DNA of 64,000 nucleotides from NCBI GenBank assembly GCA_965217775.1, contig CBDCJH010000002.1, positions 3,136,001 to 3,200,000 of the forward strand. Reading direction: 5' to 3'. The notes under the pieces are model-generated. The model saw nothing but the letters and a program-made list of their open reading frames with translations, was not told the DNA's origin and searched no databases. The translations under genes were made by a program, and so were the position numbers. The DNA comes from Acidobacteriota bacterium (lineage in GTDB: Bacteria > Acidobacteriota > UBA6911 > RPQK01 > JAJDTT01). How positions within the stretch are numbered: position 1 is the first letter of the stretch; each line of letters begins with the position of its first letter. Shown here one piece after another: positions 9,427-19,835 of the stretch.

Positions 9427-10458
9427 CTATCCGGATCGCCGTTTCCTGGCCGTAATCAAACTTCGGTGACACTTCATGGAGAGGCATTCGATATCCACGA
9501 AGCCGGCCGCTGCAAGTAGATCGCTCATCTCCGATACCGAATAGCATTTCCCCTCCGTCGAGTACATGAGCAGCACCGAGTACTCGGCGACCTCCAGCGG
9601 CCCCGTCTTGGAGGCGTTGATGTGGGAATCGTGAATCGCGATCGACCCGCCGGGCATGAGCGCTTGGAAGGAGCGGGTCAGGATCCGCTCGACATTGTCC
9701 TGGTTCCAGTCGTGAAGCACGTTCGAACACAAGTGAACGTCGTATCCGAAGGGAATCTCGTCGAACATGTCGCCCGCGACGATCCCGATTCGCTCCGGCA
9801 GGCCCATCGTCTCGATGAAACTTCCCGCCACGGCATCCGCCGGCGGTTTCTCCAGAATCGACGCCTCGAGATGAGGGTATACCCGGACCAGATGGCAGGC
9901 GTAGATGCCTGAGCCGCCGCCGATGTCCAGCAACCGGGTCCGGTCGCTGCAGTTCAAGCACTGGGCCAGGAGAGGTGCAAAGTAGGCTCCCCGGCTGTCC
10001 ATAGCAGCGGTGAAGGAAGCGGCAAAGCTTTCATCTGCCATGGCAGACACCCATTCCTCCTGGCTGCTGTCGGCCCAGCTCGCCGGCTCGCCGGTGCGGA
10101 GCACGTTCAGCATCGTCCTGCAGACGGAGCGCGCCCCCAGCGAGGCGAAGTAAGGAAGGAGACTGTGCTGCGATCTCCGAGTCAGGAAGGTCCTGGAGAG
10201 CGGGGTCAATCCGTAACCTTCGTTCTGACGCTCGACCAAGCCCATAGCGGTGAAAAGGGTCATCATCACGTCCGCCGGGCGATCCTGGACTCCCAGCGTG
10301 GAACAGATTCCGCGTCGATCCATGGCCCGGTTCTCCAGCCGGGAGAACAGGTCCAGGTGAACCGCGGCGGCAAGCAGCAGGTCAGCGGAGTAGATGCTGT
10401 CCCGGGCGCGGAACAGGGATCCCGGATCCGGAAATCCAACGTCTCCGATCTCGGTCAT
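9427..10458 (-). CDS. SAM-dependent O-methyltransferase (Methyltransf_2 + dimerisation domain)
   Basis: LLDIGGGSG, AGDMF, SNVLHDW motifs. Confidence 0.9.
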   Translation of the reverse strand: MTEIGDVGFPDPGSLFRARDSIYSADLLLAAAVHLDLFSRLENRAMDRRGICSTLGVQDRPADVMMTLFTAMGLVERQNEGYGLTPLSRTFLTRRSQHSLLPYFASLGARSVCRTMLNVLRTGEPASWADSSQEEWVSAMADESFAASFTAAMDSRGAYFAPLLAQCLNCSDRTRLLDIGGGSGIYACHLVRVYPHLEASILEKPPADAVAGSFIETMGLPERIGIVAGDMFDEIPFGYDVHLCSNVLHDWNQDNVERILTRSFQALMPGGSIAIHDSHINASKTGPLEVAEYSVLLMYSTEGKCYSVSEMSDLLAAAGFVDIECLSMKCHRSLITARKRRSG

Positions 10459-10497
10459 GGGTTGAGTCCTTGGGCCCGGTAACCCAGCGATCGCCGT

Positions 10498-11499
10498 CTA
10501 CCACACTTCTGCGAAGATCCGCATCCAGTTCCCACCCAGGATCTTCAACGTGTCCTCCTCCGAGTACCCCCGGTTCAACAGGGCCTCCGCCAGATTCGGA
10601 AACTCGTGCGGGCCCTCCAAACCCTTCGGCTGGAAGGAGAGCTCCTCGTAACGGAGGGACGTGTCGCTGAAGGTCGACGGGTATCGCGTTCCCTGCTGCG
10701 AGGAGATGTAACGCCAGAAGGAGAGCGGCTGATCCTGCGTATTGTCGGTTCCCACCGCCACGTGATCGATGCCGACTCGCTGCACCATGTCGTCGACGGC
10801 GTCGATGTAGTCCTCGAGAGTGGACTCGAATCGCTTCGGCAGAAAGTTGCAGAAGGGGGTCGTCCCCACGACCCCGCCCTTGGCCGCCAATCGCTTCAGC
10901 GCCTCGTCCTGCTTGTTCCTGGGATGGTCGTAAAAGGCCCGCGCGTTGGCGTGGCTGACAGTCACGGGCCGCTCGGACACCTCGATGGCCTCCAGCGTCG
11001 TCCGGTCCCCCACGTGGGAGAGGTCGATGAGGATCCCCAGGCGGTTCATCTCCCGAACCGCATCCACGCCGAAATTACTCAAGCCATCGTCGCGGCGCTC
11101 GAAGCACCCATTGCCCAGCAGATTCCGCTCGTGGTAGGTCAATTGTATGACCTTGACCCCCAACGCATGAAAGAGTCCCAGGCGATCCAGGTCGTTCTCG
11201 ATGGGCGAGGCGTTCTGGAAGCTGAGGATGACGCCGGTTTGGCCGGTCCGCTTGGCTTGCCGGATATCCTCGGTGCTCTTGACCTGGACGATGTCGTCCC
11301 GCTGCCGAAAGCGGCGAAGCCAGCCGGCGACGTAGTCCATCGTCTCCTGAAAGCCCTCCCAGGTCGCCAGCGTGGCGCTGATGGCGGTGATGCGCCCCTT
11401 TTGCAGGTTCGCGTACACCGCCGGGCTGTCCCAATTGCTCACATTCAGACCGTCGATGACGATGGCGCCATCGTAGAGTGCTCTGGCTCGCTCACTCAT
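10498..11499 (-). CDS. Membrane dipeptidase (M19) family protein
   Basis: IVIDGL, EMNRLGILIDLSH, SHAN, HPRNK, GIDHVAVGTD, LGGNWMR; start 11499 follows a GGAGG RBS. Confidence 0.9.
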   Translation of the reverse strand: MSERARALYDGAIVIDGLNVSNWDSPAVYANLQKGRITAISATLATWEGFQETMDYVAGWLRRFRQRDDIVQVKSTEDIRQAKRTGQTGVILSFQNASPIENDLDRLGLFHALGVKVIQLTYHERNLLGNGCFERRDDGLSNFGVDAVREMNRLGILIDLSHVGDRTTLEAIEVSERPVTVSHANARAFYDHPRNKQDEALKRLAAKGGVVGTTPFCNFLPKRFESTLEDYIDAVDDMVQRVGIDHVAVGTDNTQDQPLSFWRYISSQQGTRYPSTFSDTSLRYEELSFQPKGLEGPHEFPNLAEALLNRGYSEEDTLKILGGNWMRIFAEVW

Positions 11500-11560
11500 A
11501 TCATGCCCTCCCATGTCGATTTCTAAAGCGCGATCAGGGTGATCCGTTTCGAATCGACAC

Positions 11561-12691
11561 CTATCCGAAGCGGCTGCCGATCCGAAAAAGATCCCCCAGG
11601 GGATTGTGCTTTTCCTCCAATGCATCGGCGATTACGGGCCCGATGGAGCCGCCGAACTTGAAGCCGTGACCGCTGCCGCAGCCGGCGATCAGGATATTCC
11701 GGGCGCCTGGAGCCCAGTCGATCACGAAATGGTCGTCCGGAGTGTTGGTGTACAGGCAGGAGCGCCCCCCCACCATCTCGGCGCCGTGCAAGCCGGGCAT
11801 GCGCTCCCGGACGAAACGGGTGACCCGTTCGATGAAGCGTCCGGTGTTGGTGCGCTCCACCTCCGGATGGGTCTCGTCGTCCTTGAGGTCGTCGGCGACC
11901 TTGACATAGCCCTCCGCGAGCATTGGAAACCCATACCAGGCCTCTTGACCCGTGTTCACGGACCAGATGGGAAGCTTCTGCCGGCTGAAGAGCTCCCGGT
12001 CCCGGGGAATGAAAAAGACCATCTGGTTCCGGGTGAGATACAGGTGCTGGGCGAGTTCCGGCCAGAGCTGGACGATCCAGGCGCCGGCGGCCGCCACGAC
12101 GCGGTCGAAGGTCAGCACCTCCGCCCCCGAGCGGACATGTACGGTGGCACCTGTCTCCTCGAGTTCGGCGACCGGGAACTCGGGCCTGATCTCGATGCCC
12201 CGGGCTTGGGCCAGACCAGCCAGATCGGCCACCGCCTGCCCACTACGCAGGTAACCGGTCCAGGGGTCGTAGCGAACGGTGTCGTCTTCGAGATAACGGA
12301 ATTGGGGATATCGGGTGCGAGCTTCCCTTGCGGACAAATATTGGGAGCTGTCCGCGGTCAGATCCGGGCCCGACCAGGTCCGATAGTGGGACGTGTAGTG
12401 AGAAGACCCGCTGACGATCGACACCTGTCCGGTTCGGAAAAGGAATGACCCGCCGACCTGTTCCTGCCAGATCCTCCACTGGCGGTCAGCTCGCTCGACC
12501 AGCTCAACGTAGGTTTCGTGCTGATAGCCGATCCGGCGAATGACCTTGGAGACGTCGTTGGAACTGGCGCGGCTCCCGGGGATCCCCTCCCGCTCCAGAA
12601 CGGTCACCCGGTGGCCCCGGTCGACCAACTCCAGCGCGGCGGCCAGACCGAATATGCCGGCGCCCACCACCCCCACGTTCATGCGCGCCAT
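11561..12691 (-). CDS. FAD-dependent oxidoreductase, monomeric sarcosine oxidase/fructosyl-amine oxidase-like
   Basis: GAGIFG Rossmann motif, SSNDVSKVIR, CLYTNTPDDHFVID, GSGHGFKFG. Confidence 0.88.
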   Translation of the reverse strand: MARMNVGVVGAGIFGLAAALELVDRGHRVTVLEREGIPGSRASSNDVSKVIRRIGYQHETYVELVERADRQWRIWQEQVGGSFLFRTGQVSIVSGSSHYTSHYRTWSGPDLTADSSQYLSAREARTRYPQFRYLEDDTVRYDPWTGYLRSGQAVADLAGLAQARGIEIRPEFPVAELEETGATVHVRSGAEVLTFDRVVAAAGAWIVQLWPELAQHLYLTRNQMVFFIPRDRELFSRQKLPIWSVNTGQEAWYGFPMLAEGYVKVADDLKDDETHPEVERTNTGRFIERVTRFVRERMPGLHGAEMVGGRSCLYTNTPDDHFVIDWAPGARNILIAGCGSGHGFKFGGSIGPVIADALEEKHNPLGDLFRIGSRFG

Positions 12692-12703
12692 GATACTGGC
12701 GGC

Positions 12704-12740
12704 AATGACGAATTACGAATTGGGAATTTGGCGAATTGAC
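12704..12740 (+). repeat. Degenerate heptamer tandem repeat (aatgacg aattacg aattggg ...)
   Basis: Direct reading of the sequence. Confidence 0.55.
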
Positions 12741-12757
12741 CGCCGCCGGAAGTGTAC

Positions 12758-12916
12758 CAGCCCGTGGCAAAAGTCGTCACGGCATTCGACCGTCCCTGCA
12801 TCCCGGCGGACTGCGTTGCGACTCGGTCATATACTCCCGGTATGCTCCCTCCGAAGCGCCTTGTTCGGCGGGCGCAGGAACGGTCTCGGTGCTCGCGGGA
12901 CTTTCGCCACGGACTG
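12758..12916 (+). mobile_element. MITE-A, 159 bp, TSD GTAC
   Basis: Same TIRs; GTAC at 12754-12757 and 12917-12920. Confidence 0.93.
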
Positions 12917-12953
12917 GTACGATAGGCATTTGGACCATTCGGGGAGGACCAAA

Positions 12954-14492
12954 ATGATCTCATGTAATCCAAATCGTCGACCTGCGTCCCGGGCGCTCGT
13001 GGCACCCATTGTCATCCTGCTGCTGTGGGGTCCCGCCACGGCCCAGGAGAACGCGGTCATGGACATGGGATCGAAGCGTGAGCTGTTCGTCGACGGCTAC
13101 CTGATCGAGACCCGGTCGGGGGTGCGCCTGCAACTTCACCATCCCATTCCCAAAGAGATCGTGATGCACCACGACAAGCTCTGGGAGGGCAACGGCTGCA
13201 ACTACTACTCCATCTTTCGCGATGGAGACCTCTTCCGGATGTACTACGATGCCTGGGCCCACGAGCCATCGAGCATTCCAGTCCACGACGTCTTCATCGC
13301 CTACGCCGAGAGCAAGGACGGCAAGACCTGGACCAGGCCGGAGGTGGGACGGTTCGAGTTCAACGGTTCCAAGAAGAACAACATCGTCTGGGCCAGTCCC
13401 AAGCTGGACAACTGGGGGGCGTTCAAGGACACCAATCCCGACTGCGCCCCGGAGGCTCGGTACAAGGCCTTCTACAACGGCAACGGCGGCCTCATGGCGG
13501 CCCAGTCGGCGGACGGCATCCACTGGTCCCCGATCGGAGACGAGCCGGTTCTGACCGACGGCGCATTCGACAGCCACAACCTCGCCTTCTGGGACCACCG
13601 GGAGGGTCACTACCGGGCCTACTACCGGGATTTCAGAAACGGTCTCCGGGACATCAAGACCGCGACCTCCCGGGATTACATCCATTGGACGCCCGGGGAG
13701 TGGCTCGAGTACCCGGGAGCGCCGCCCGAGCAGCTCTACACCAACAACATCATTCCCTACTACCGGGCGCCCCACATCTACCTGGGTTTTCCGGCCCGCT
13801 ATCTGGACCGCGGCTGGTCCGACGCCATGAGGGCGCTGCCGGAGCTGGAGGAACGCCTGGCCCGGTCCAATCTCAGCAGCTACACCTTGGCATCGGGCAG
13901 AAAGAAGACCTCGCAGCGGTACGGCACCGCTCTGACCGACGGGCTCCTCATGAGCAGCCGTGACGGCCAAGTGTTCCATCGCTGGGGGGAAGCCTTCATC
14001 CGGCCGGGCCTGCGTTACACCGACAATTGGGTCTACGGCGACAACTATCAGAACTGGGGACTGATCGAGACCAAGTCGGATCTGCCGGGCGCCCCGGATG
14101 AAATCTCCATCTATGCCACCGAGCACTATTGGAGAGGCGCCTATACGAATCTGCGCCGGTTGATTCTGCGAGTGGACGGCTTCGTCTCCGTCCAGGCTCC
14201 CGCCAAGGGAGGCGAGTTCACCACCCGGCCCCTCAGTTTCAGCGGGAATCGGCTGGAGATGAATTTCTCCACTTCCGTGGCCGGGAGCGTGCGGGTGGAG
14301 ATCCAGGATGCCGGCGGGAGGCCCCTTCCCGGCTACACCTTGGACGACTGTCCCGAGATTTTCGGGGATCACCTGGAACGGGTGGTCCACTGGAAGAATG
14401 GCCCTGACGTCGGCCCGCTCTCCGGCAAGCCGATTCGGCTCCGGTTCGTCATGAAGGACGCCGACCTCTACTCGATCCGCTTCCGCGACTGA
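12954..14492 (+). CDS. Secreted beta-propeller glycosidase-like protein (GH32/43/130-like fold; paralog 1)
   Basis: GGAGG RBS before ATG 12954; signal peptide; ELFVDGYLIE, YAESKDGKTW, GAFDS, SSRDG..FHRW, C-terminal LRVDGFVS...LRFVMKDADLYSIRF module. Confidence 0.75.
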   Translation: MISCNPNRRPASRALVAPIVILLLWGPATAQENAVMDMGSKRELFVDGYLIETRSGVRLQLHHPIPKEIVMHHDKLWEGNGCNYYSIFRDGDLFRMYYDAWAHEPSSIPVHDVFIAYAESKDGKTWTRPEVGRFEFNGSKKNNIVWASPKLDNWGAFKDTNPDCAPEARYKAFYNGNGGLMAAQSADGIHWSPIGDEPVLTDGAFDSHNLAFWDHREGHYRAYYRDFRNGLRDIKTATSRDYIHWTPGEWLEYPGAPPEQLYTNNIIPYYRAPHIYLGFPARYLDRGWSDAMRALPELEERLARSNLSSYTLASGRKKTSQRYGTALTDGLLMSSRDGQVFHRWGEAFIRPGLRYTDNWVYGDNYQNWGLIETKSDLPGAPDEISIYATEHYWRGAYTNLRRLILRVDGFVSVQAPAKGGEFTTRPLSFSGNRLEMNFSTSVAGSVRVEIQDAGGRPLPGYTLDDCPEIFGDHLERVVHWKNGPDVGPLSGKPIRLRFVMKDADLYSIRFRD

Positions 14493-14615
14493 AGGTCACG
14501 CTGAGTCGACCGTAGAAGCCTCCGACTCTTCTCTCTTTCCTAATTTCCTCTTTCCTCTCTCCTTGCCGGAACCCGGCTCCTGGTGTACAACCGGAGCCGG
14601 ATTGGAGATTGGATC

Positions 14616-16292
14616 ATGCGCAACTCGACACTGATTTTATTGATTTTGCCCGGAATCCTGGCGTGTCTGGTGGGAACCGGCTGGGCTTCGGGCCACATCA
14701 GTTGGAAGGCCTCGGGCAAGGGAGGCGCCGTGGCCGCCGGTCACCCCGACGCGGTCGCGGCCGGCATCCGGATGCTGGAGGCGGGTGGGAACGCCGCCGA
14801 TGCGGCTGCCGCTACCCTGCTGACGCTCTCGGTGACCGACTACGGAATGTTCGCTATCGGCGGCGAAATCCCTTTCCTGATCTACGACGCCAAGAAGGAG
14901 GAGGTGAAGGTCCTCTCCGGATTGGGGCGCGCCCCGCTGGACCAAGCGGCCATCGACTGGTACTACACCAACACCATCCCGGCCCAGGGCAGCATGAAGG
15001 CCGCGCCGACGCCGGGCGCAGTGCACCTCTGCATCACCGCCCTGGAGCTCTATGGCACCAAGTCCTTCGAGGAAGCGTCGGCACCGGTGCTGGAGGTCCT
15101 GGACGCCGGATCGGAGGAGTGGCATCCCAAGTTGGCCGCCACCTTCCGGAAACTGGTGGATGCGGAGCGGAAGGCTTCGGGGAGCCGCGAGGAGAAACTG
15201 ACGGCGGCCCGGGACCGCTTCTACAAGGGAGACGTGGCCGACGAACTCGAGGCGTGGTACATCGCCACCGGCTCTTTCCTCCGCAAGAAGGATCTGGCCG
15301 CCCATGTGACCCGCGTCGAAGATCCCGTCTCGGTAGACTATCGGGGCTACACCGTCTACAAGTGTCCGCCCTGGACTCAAGGACCGGTCCTGTGCCAGAC
15401 CCTGAGGTTGCTTGAGGGATTCGATCTGAAGCAGATGGGGCATCTCTCGTCCGGCTACATCCACACCCTCACCGAGGCGCTGAAGCTGGCCTTCGCCGAC
15501 CGGGACGAATATTACGGAGATCCCCTCTTCGCCCGGGTCCCCATGAAGGCCCTCCTGTCTCGAGAGTATGCGCGGGTCCGCCGGTCACTGATCGATCCGA
15601 GTCGAGCGTCCCTGGAGCGCCGGCCGGGAGATCCGCACCACATGAAGCCTCTCAGGGGAATGATGCGGGCCGGCAACAATCCGAACCGGATCCCCATCAG
15701 CGACACCACCACCTGCGTGGTGGCGGACAAGTGGGGCAACGTGGTGGCCGCCACGCCCAGTTGCAACCTGTCGGGCAACCTTCCGGGACCTTCAGGCGTC
15801 ACCACGGGGAACCGTCTCCGGAGCCTGAACACCACCCGGGGCCATCCCAATCGTATCCAGCCGGGAAAGCGGCCCCGGATCACTCTGACGCCGACCCTGG
15901 TCACCCGGAACGGCAAGCCGGTCATCGCCATCAGCGTGGCAGGAGGCGACCTGCAGGATCAGACCACGTTGAACGTGCTTCTGAACCACGTCGAATTCGG
16001 CATGCTTCCGGAAAAGGCGGTGACGGCGTCCCGTTTCAACACGGATCACCACCAGAATTCCTTCGACCCGAATCCGAACCGGGACGAGGCTTTCGTCAAG
16101 GCGGGAAGCCTACGGGTTCACAGTGGCGTCACCCAAGAAGTCCAAGAGGAATTGAAGAGGCAGGGCCACCGGTTGACCACCACCGACGGCTTCATCGCCC
16201 GGCCGGTGATGCTCTACATCGATCAGGAGAAGGGAGTCATCCACGCCGCTGGAGACCCGGCGGCAGCCCGGCACGCCGCCGCCATCGACTGA
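14616..16292 (+). CDS. ggt: Gamma-glutamyltransferase family protein
   Basis: GGNAADAAAA, FYKGDVA, LAFADRDEYYGDP, autocatalytic DTT...VADKWGN, PGKRPRITLTP, GGDLQDQ. Confidence 0.9.
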   Translation: MRNSTLILLILPGILACLVGTGWASGHISWKASGKGGAVAAGHPDAVAAGIRMLEAGGNAADAAAATLLTLSVTDYGMFAIGGEIPFLIYDAKKEEVKVLSGLGRAPLDQAAIDWYYTNTIPAQGSMKAAPTPGAVHLCITALELYGTKSFEEASAPVLEVLDAGSEEWHPKLAATFRKLVDAERKASGSREEKLTAARDRFYKGDVADELEAWYIATGSFLRKKDLAAHVTRVEDPVSVDYRGYTVYKCPPWTQGPVLCQTLRLLEGFDLKQMGHLSSGYIHTLTEALKLAFADRDEYYGDPLFARVPMKALLSREYARVRRSLIDPSRASLERRPGDPHHMKPLRGMMRAGNNPNRIPISDTTTCVVADKWGNVVAATPSCNLSGNLPGPSGVTTGNRLRSLNTTRGHPNRIQPGKRPRITLTPTLVTRNGKPVIAISVAGGDLQDQTTLNVLLNHVEFGMLPEKAVTASRFNTDHHQNSFDPNPNRDEAFVKAGSLRVHSGVTQEVQEELKRQGHRLTTTDGFIARPVMLYIDQEKGVIHAAGDPAAARHAAAID

Positions 16293-16316
16293 GGAACTCC
16301 GCGGGCCGCCCGCCTC

Positions 16317-18164
16317 TCAGCGATCCCAGGGGAAGCTGAACGTTGGTTGGTTCACATAGCGCTTCATTCGAATCGAGAGGCGCGAGCCGGCGCCGGCGCC
16401 CAAGCGGACGGTGAACTTCGAGTCTCCCACCTCGATCCGTTTGCCACCGACCGTGACCGCCACCGCATCGTGCTCCGCATACGCACCGGTCTGAACCACG
16501 AGCTCGCGGCTCTCCACCGGGTTGGTGTTGACCAGGAGGAAAGTGACGCCGTCGGGGCGGATCTGTTCTACCAGCGCACCCACCCCCCGGGGCAGCCCCG
16601 GCCGCCTCTCCTCGGCATCGAAATAGCGCAGCTGCGCGTGGACCACGTTGCCGCCGCTGCCCGGGTCGTTGGCCCCGAGCATGAGGTTGTGGAGGCTGCT
16701 GATCGAGGTGACCACCGGCATGTGGGGTGCCTGTCGAGTGTCCGCCGTCCGGGAGTCCTCCCGCACCTTCCGAACCTGCCTTCGGATCATGTCCAGATCT
16801 TGTGCCATCGCCTCCATTGGAAAGTGCGGGTCTTCACCCTGCAGGTAGCGGACCCAGGGCTCTTCCGCGACCCGGGGCAGGTCGGCTTCCTCCAGGGTCC
16901 AGGAGTAGATGTCGGTCAGTTCCGGAAGGGACCAGAAATTGACGTTCCCACCGCGGCGCGCGCTGTTGTCGATGTAAGCGTACCAACCGTCGTCGCCGTA
17001 TTTGTGCGGAACCATGAGGCGGCCGTCGATGACCTTCTGCGCCGCATACATGTTGTCGATCTGCGTTCGCAGCGTGTCCGCGTACTTGCGGTCGCCGGTG
17101 AGGAGGAACGCGATCCCAAAACCGACCCGGGCACCCCGCATCACGTAGTTGTTGCCCGGATTGTCCGAACCGTCAGCGGACTTGGGACGGAAGTTCCATC
17201 CGTAGACTCCGCGCCACCATTTCCCGTCCCATTCGCCTCCGATGGACCCGTCCAGGCCGATGTTGCTGGGAAGGTTGCCTCCGTTTCGGGCAGCCCGTTC
17301 GACCCAGGCATCGACGTACTCCAGAATCCAGTCCCGGTACTTCTTCTCCCCGGTCAACATGTACGCGGTCATGGCCAGATTCGTCGCCAGCAGGTTCTGC
17401 GGGTGGTCGCCGCTCAGGTTGACCGTATAGCCCAGGCGGGTCCAGCGCTCGGTTCGCGGGGGTTGCCCCGGCCGGGGGTCGTGACGGGGACGCGGGTTCC
17501 CGCCCCAGTCATACTCCGTCGCGGGCGTCAGCAACGGTCCCCGGCTCCCGTTGAACAGGCTCCGAATGATCTTTTGCTCCGGGTCGTAGTTGGGTGCACC
17601 GGGATCCTCGTTCATATAGAACCCGGCAAAGCGCCGGGCCCGGATCAGGTATTGAGGGTCCTGCGGGCGGGCGAGACCGTACCAATACCAGGGAGCCATC
17701 CCCTCGCCCGTGTGTTCCCAGTCGAGTTGCGGGCAGAACTCCCGGTAGAGCATGCCGTCCTTGGCCGCCGCCACCAGGGGTTCCCGGGCTTCGGTGTACT
17801 GGTCCAGATGTCCTTCCCAGATCTTCTTGTACAACGCCAGGATCTCGGGCGGCCCCCCCAGCATGTAGAGGATAGGCAGGTCGCGATAGGTCTCCGTGAC
17901 GTCGTCGGCGCCGTCCATGGCGCCCCAGTTCGGGGTGATCCGCATCCAGCCGCGGTCGTCAACGTACTTCTCGGCCGCCACCAATGCCGCCTCGGAGTTG
18001 GAATCGATCAGGGTCCACTGGGCCATGGCCCAGGCGGGCGGTGGCATGGGCGTGGAGATGTCGATTGAGGGTCGCGCCAGGGTCAACGACCCGGTCACGA
18101 GCCCCAGAACGATGCAGATTTCAGCGGAGCAGCTTTTTGTCCGGCGTGACGAAAATGCGACCAT
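16317..18164 (-). CDS. Conserved hypothetical secreted protein (possible helical-toroid hydrolase/lyase)
   Basis: 615 aa ORF, GGAGG RBS, signal peptide, acidic motifs DGADDVTE and DWEHTGEG. Confidence 0.65.
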   Translation of the reverse strand: MVAFSSRRTKSCSAEICIVLGLVTGSLTLARPSIDISTPMPPPAWAMAQWTLIDSNSEAALVAAEKYVDDRGWMRITPNWGAMDGADDVTETYRDLPILYMLGGPPEILALYKKIWEGHLDQYTEAREPLVAAAKDGMLYREFCPQLDWEHTGEGMAPWYWYGLARPQDPQYLIRARRFAGFYMNEDPGAPNYDPEQKIIRSLFNGSRGPLLTPATEYDWGGNPRPRHDPRPGQPPRTERWTRLGYTVNLSGDHPQNLLATNLAMTAYMLTGEKKYRDWILEYVDAWVERAARNGGNLPSNIGLDGSIGGEWDGKWWRGVYGWNFRPKSADGSDNPGNNYVMRGARVGFGIAFLLTGDRKYADTLRTQIDNMYAAQKVIDGRLMVPHKYGDDGWYAYIDNSARRGGNVNFWSLPELTDIYSWTLEEADLPRVAEEPWVRYLQGEDPHFPMEAMAQDLDMIRRQVRKVREDSRTADTRQAPHMPVVTSISSLHNLMLGANDPGSGGNVVHAQLRYFDAEERRPGLPRGVGALVEQIRPDGVTFLLVNTNPVESRELVVQTGAYAEHDAVAVTVGGKRIEVGDSKFTVRLGAGAGSRLSIRMKRYVNQPTFSFPWDR

Positions 18165-18232
18165 ATGTTTCCTCCGCGTGTCATGATAGCCCCTTAACCT
18201 CAAAATTCTTCTACAAATGGACGAAAATATTG

Positions 18233-18259
18233 GTAGGGGCGCCCCTTGTGGGCGCCCTC
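18233..18259 (+). repeat. REP-like palindrome, GTAG foot (family 1)
   Basis: GTAGGGGCGCCCCTTGTGGGCGCCCTC; related copy on the minus strand at 28316-28346. Confidence 0.75.
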
Positions 18260-18303
18260 TTCGGTCCAAAACGGAGCAAAACATGCGAATTGAGGAGACA
18301 GGA

Positions 18304-19800
18304 ATGAAGATTGCCATGCGGAGACTGATGGTTGCGGCTGTCCTGGTGCACCTGACACTGGCACAGAGTTGGATCCTGGGGGGAAAAGAAGATGAGGATG
18401 GGCCTCTCCCGATCGGATCCCGGCTGGAACTTTTCGTGGACGACTATCTCATCGAGTCCATGGACGGAGTCCGGCTCCAGCTTCACACGCCTCAGCCGGC
18501 GGGCACGGTCCTGGAATACGACAAACCCTGGGAAGGGACGACGAGCGCCTACCATACGGTCTTCAAGGACGGCGACCTCTACAAGATGTACTACCGGGGC
18601 AGCAGCCATGCCGGATACACCGTGCCCTCGCTGATGAAACCGGGCGAGAAGGTCATCCCTCAGCACGAACAGGTGGCCTGTTACGCCGAGAGCCGCGACG
18701 GAATCCACTGGACCCGTCCCTCCCTGGGGCTGATCGAGTTCGAAGGGTCCAAGGACAACAACATCATCTGGAGCGGCAACCGTGCCGGCGCCCATAACTT
18801 CGCGCCCTTCAAGGACGGGAATCCCGATGCTCCCGCTTCACAGCGATACAAGGCCGTGGGCTCGAGCAATCTCAACGGAAAACCGGTCCTGCTGGGATTC
18901 GTTTCTCCCGACGGCATCCACTGGACCCAGATCCAAAAGGAGCCCATCATCACCGACGGCGCCTTCGATTCACTGAACGTGGCCTTCTGGGATTCGGTGC
19001 GGCAGCGGTACTCGGCCATCTACCGAATCGGTCAGGACGGCGTCCGGACCATCAAGTTTTCTCATTCCGAGAACTTCGTCGACTGGCCCCCGGGCCGGTA
19101 TGCCGACTATGGCGACACTCCCCGGGAACAGCTCTACACCAACGCCACCCGGCCCTACTTCCGGGCGCCTCAAATCTACCTGGCCTTTCCCAAACGTTAC
19201 GTTCAGTGGAGGACCTATCACGAGGACGCTCCCGGCTCGGGCGTCTCGGAGGGAGTCTTCATGACCAGCCGGGACGGCGTGCACTGGGACCGGCGCTTCA
19301 TGGAGGCCTTCGTGCGGCCGGGGCGAAACCCCAGGAGTTGGGTGCACCGCACCACCATGATCGCGGCGGGAGTGCTTCCCACGGCCGACGATGAGATATC
19401 GATCTACGTGTCCCGCCACTACACTTCTCCCAGTGCCCACTTGGAGCGGATGGTCCTCCGTACCGACGGCTTCGCGTCGGCTCAGGCCGGCTACGGGGGC
19501 GGTGAGCTGCTGACCAAGCCACTGCAGTTCCAGGGAAACAATCTGGTCCTCAACTTTGCCACCTCGGCCGCCGGAAGCATCCACGTGGAGATTCAGGATA
19601 CCGAAGGCAATCCGCTCCCGGGCTTTGCCTTGGAGGAATCCCCGTTGATCTGGGGCGATGAGATCGAGCACACCGTCCGCTGGGAGCGGTCTCATTCCAA
19701 GGCCACCACTGACGAGCCCCTGCGGCGGATCGGCGACAAACCGGTGCGGCTGCGCTTCGTGATGAAGGACGCCGATCTTTTCTCGCTGAGGTTCCGGTAA
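18304..19800 (+). CDS. Secreted beta-propeller glycosidase-like protein (paralog 2)
   Basis: ELFVDDYLIE, YAESRDGIHW, GAFDS, TSRDGVHW, LRTDGFAS...LRFVMKDADLFSLRF. Confidence 0.75.
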   Translation: MKIAMRRLMVAAVLVHLTLAQSWILGGKEDEDGPLPIGSRLELFVDDYLIESMDGVRLQLHTPQPAGTVLEYDKPWEGTTSAYHTVFKDGDLYKMYYRGSSHAGYTVPSLMKPGEKVIPQHEQVACYAESRDGIHWTRPSLGLIEFEGSKDNNIIWSGNRAGAHNFAPFKDGNPDAPASQRYKAVGSSNLNGKPVLLGFVSPDGIHWTQIQKEPIITDGAFDSLNVAFWDSVRQRYSAIYRIGQDGVRTIKFSHSENFVDWPPGRYADYGDTPREQLYTNATRPYFRAPQIYLAFPKRYVQWRTYHEDAPGSGVSEGVFMTSRDGVHWDRRFMEAFVRPGRNPRSWVHRTTMIAAGVLPTADDEISIYVSRHYTSPSAHLERMVLRTDGFASAQAGYGGGELLTKPLQFQGNNLVLNFATSAAGSIHVEIQDTEGNPLPGFALEESPLIWGDEIEHTVRWERSHSKATTDEPLRRIGDKPVRLRFVMKDADLFSLRFR

Positions 19801-19835
19801 ACCGAAGAGTCCGGTCGACTCGAAGGGGAAAGTTA

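Noticed and set aside
12540-12953. N-terminal extension of the 650 aa ORF
   Set aside because: It overlaps an opposite-strand gene and reads through MITE-A; the RBS and signal peptide point to ATG 12954.
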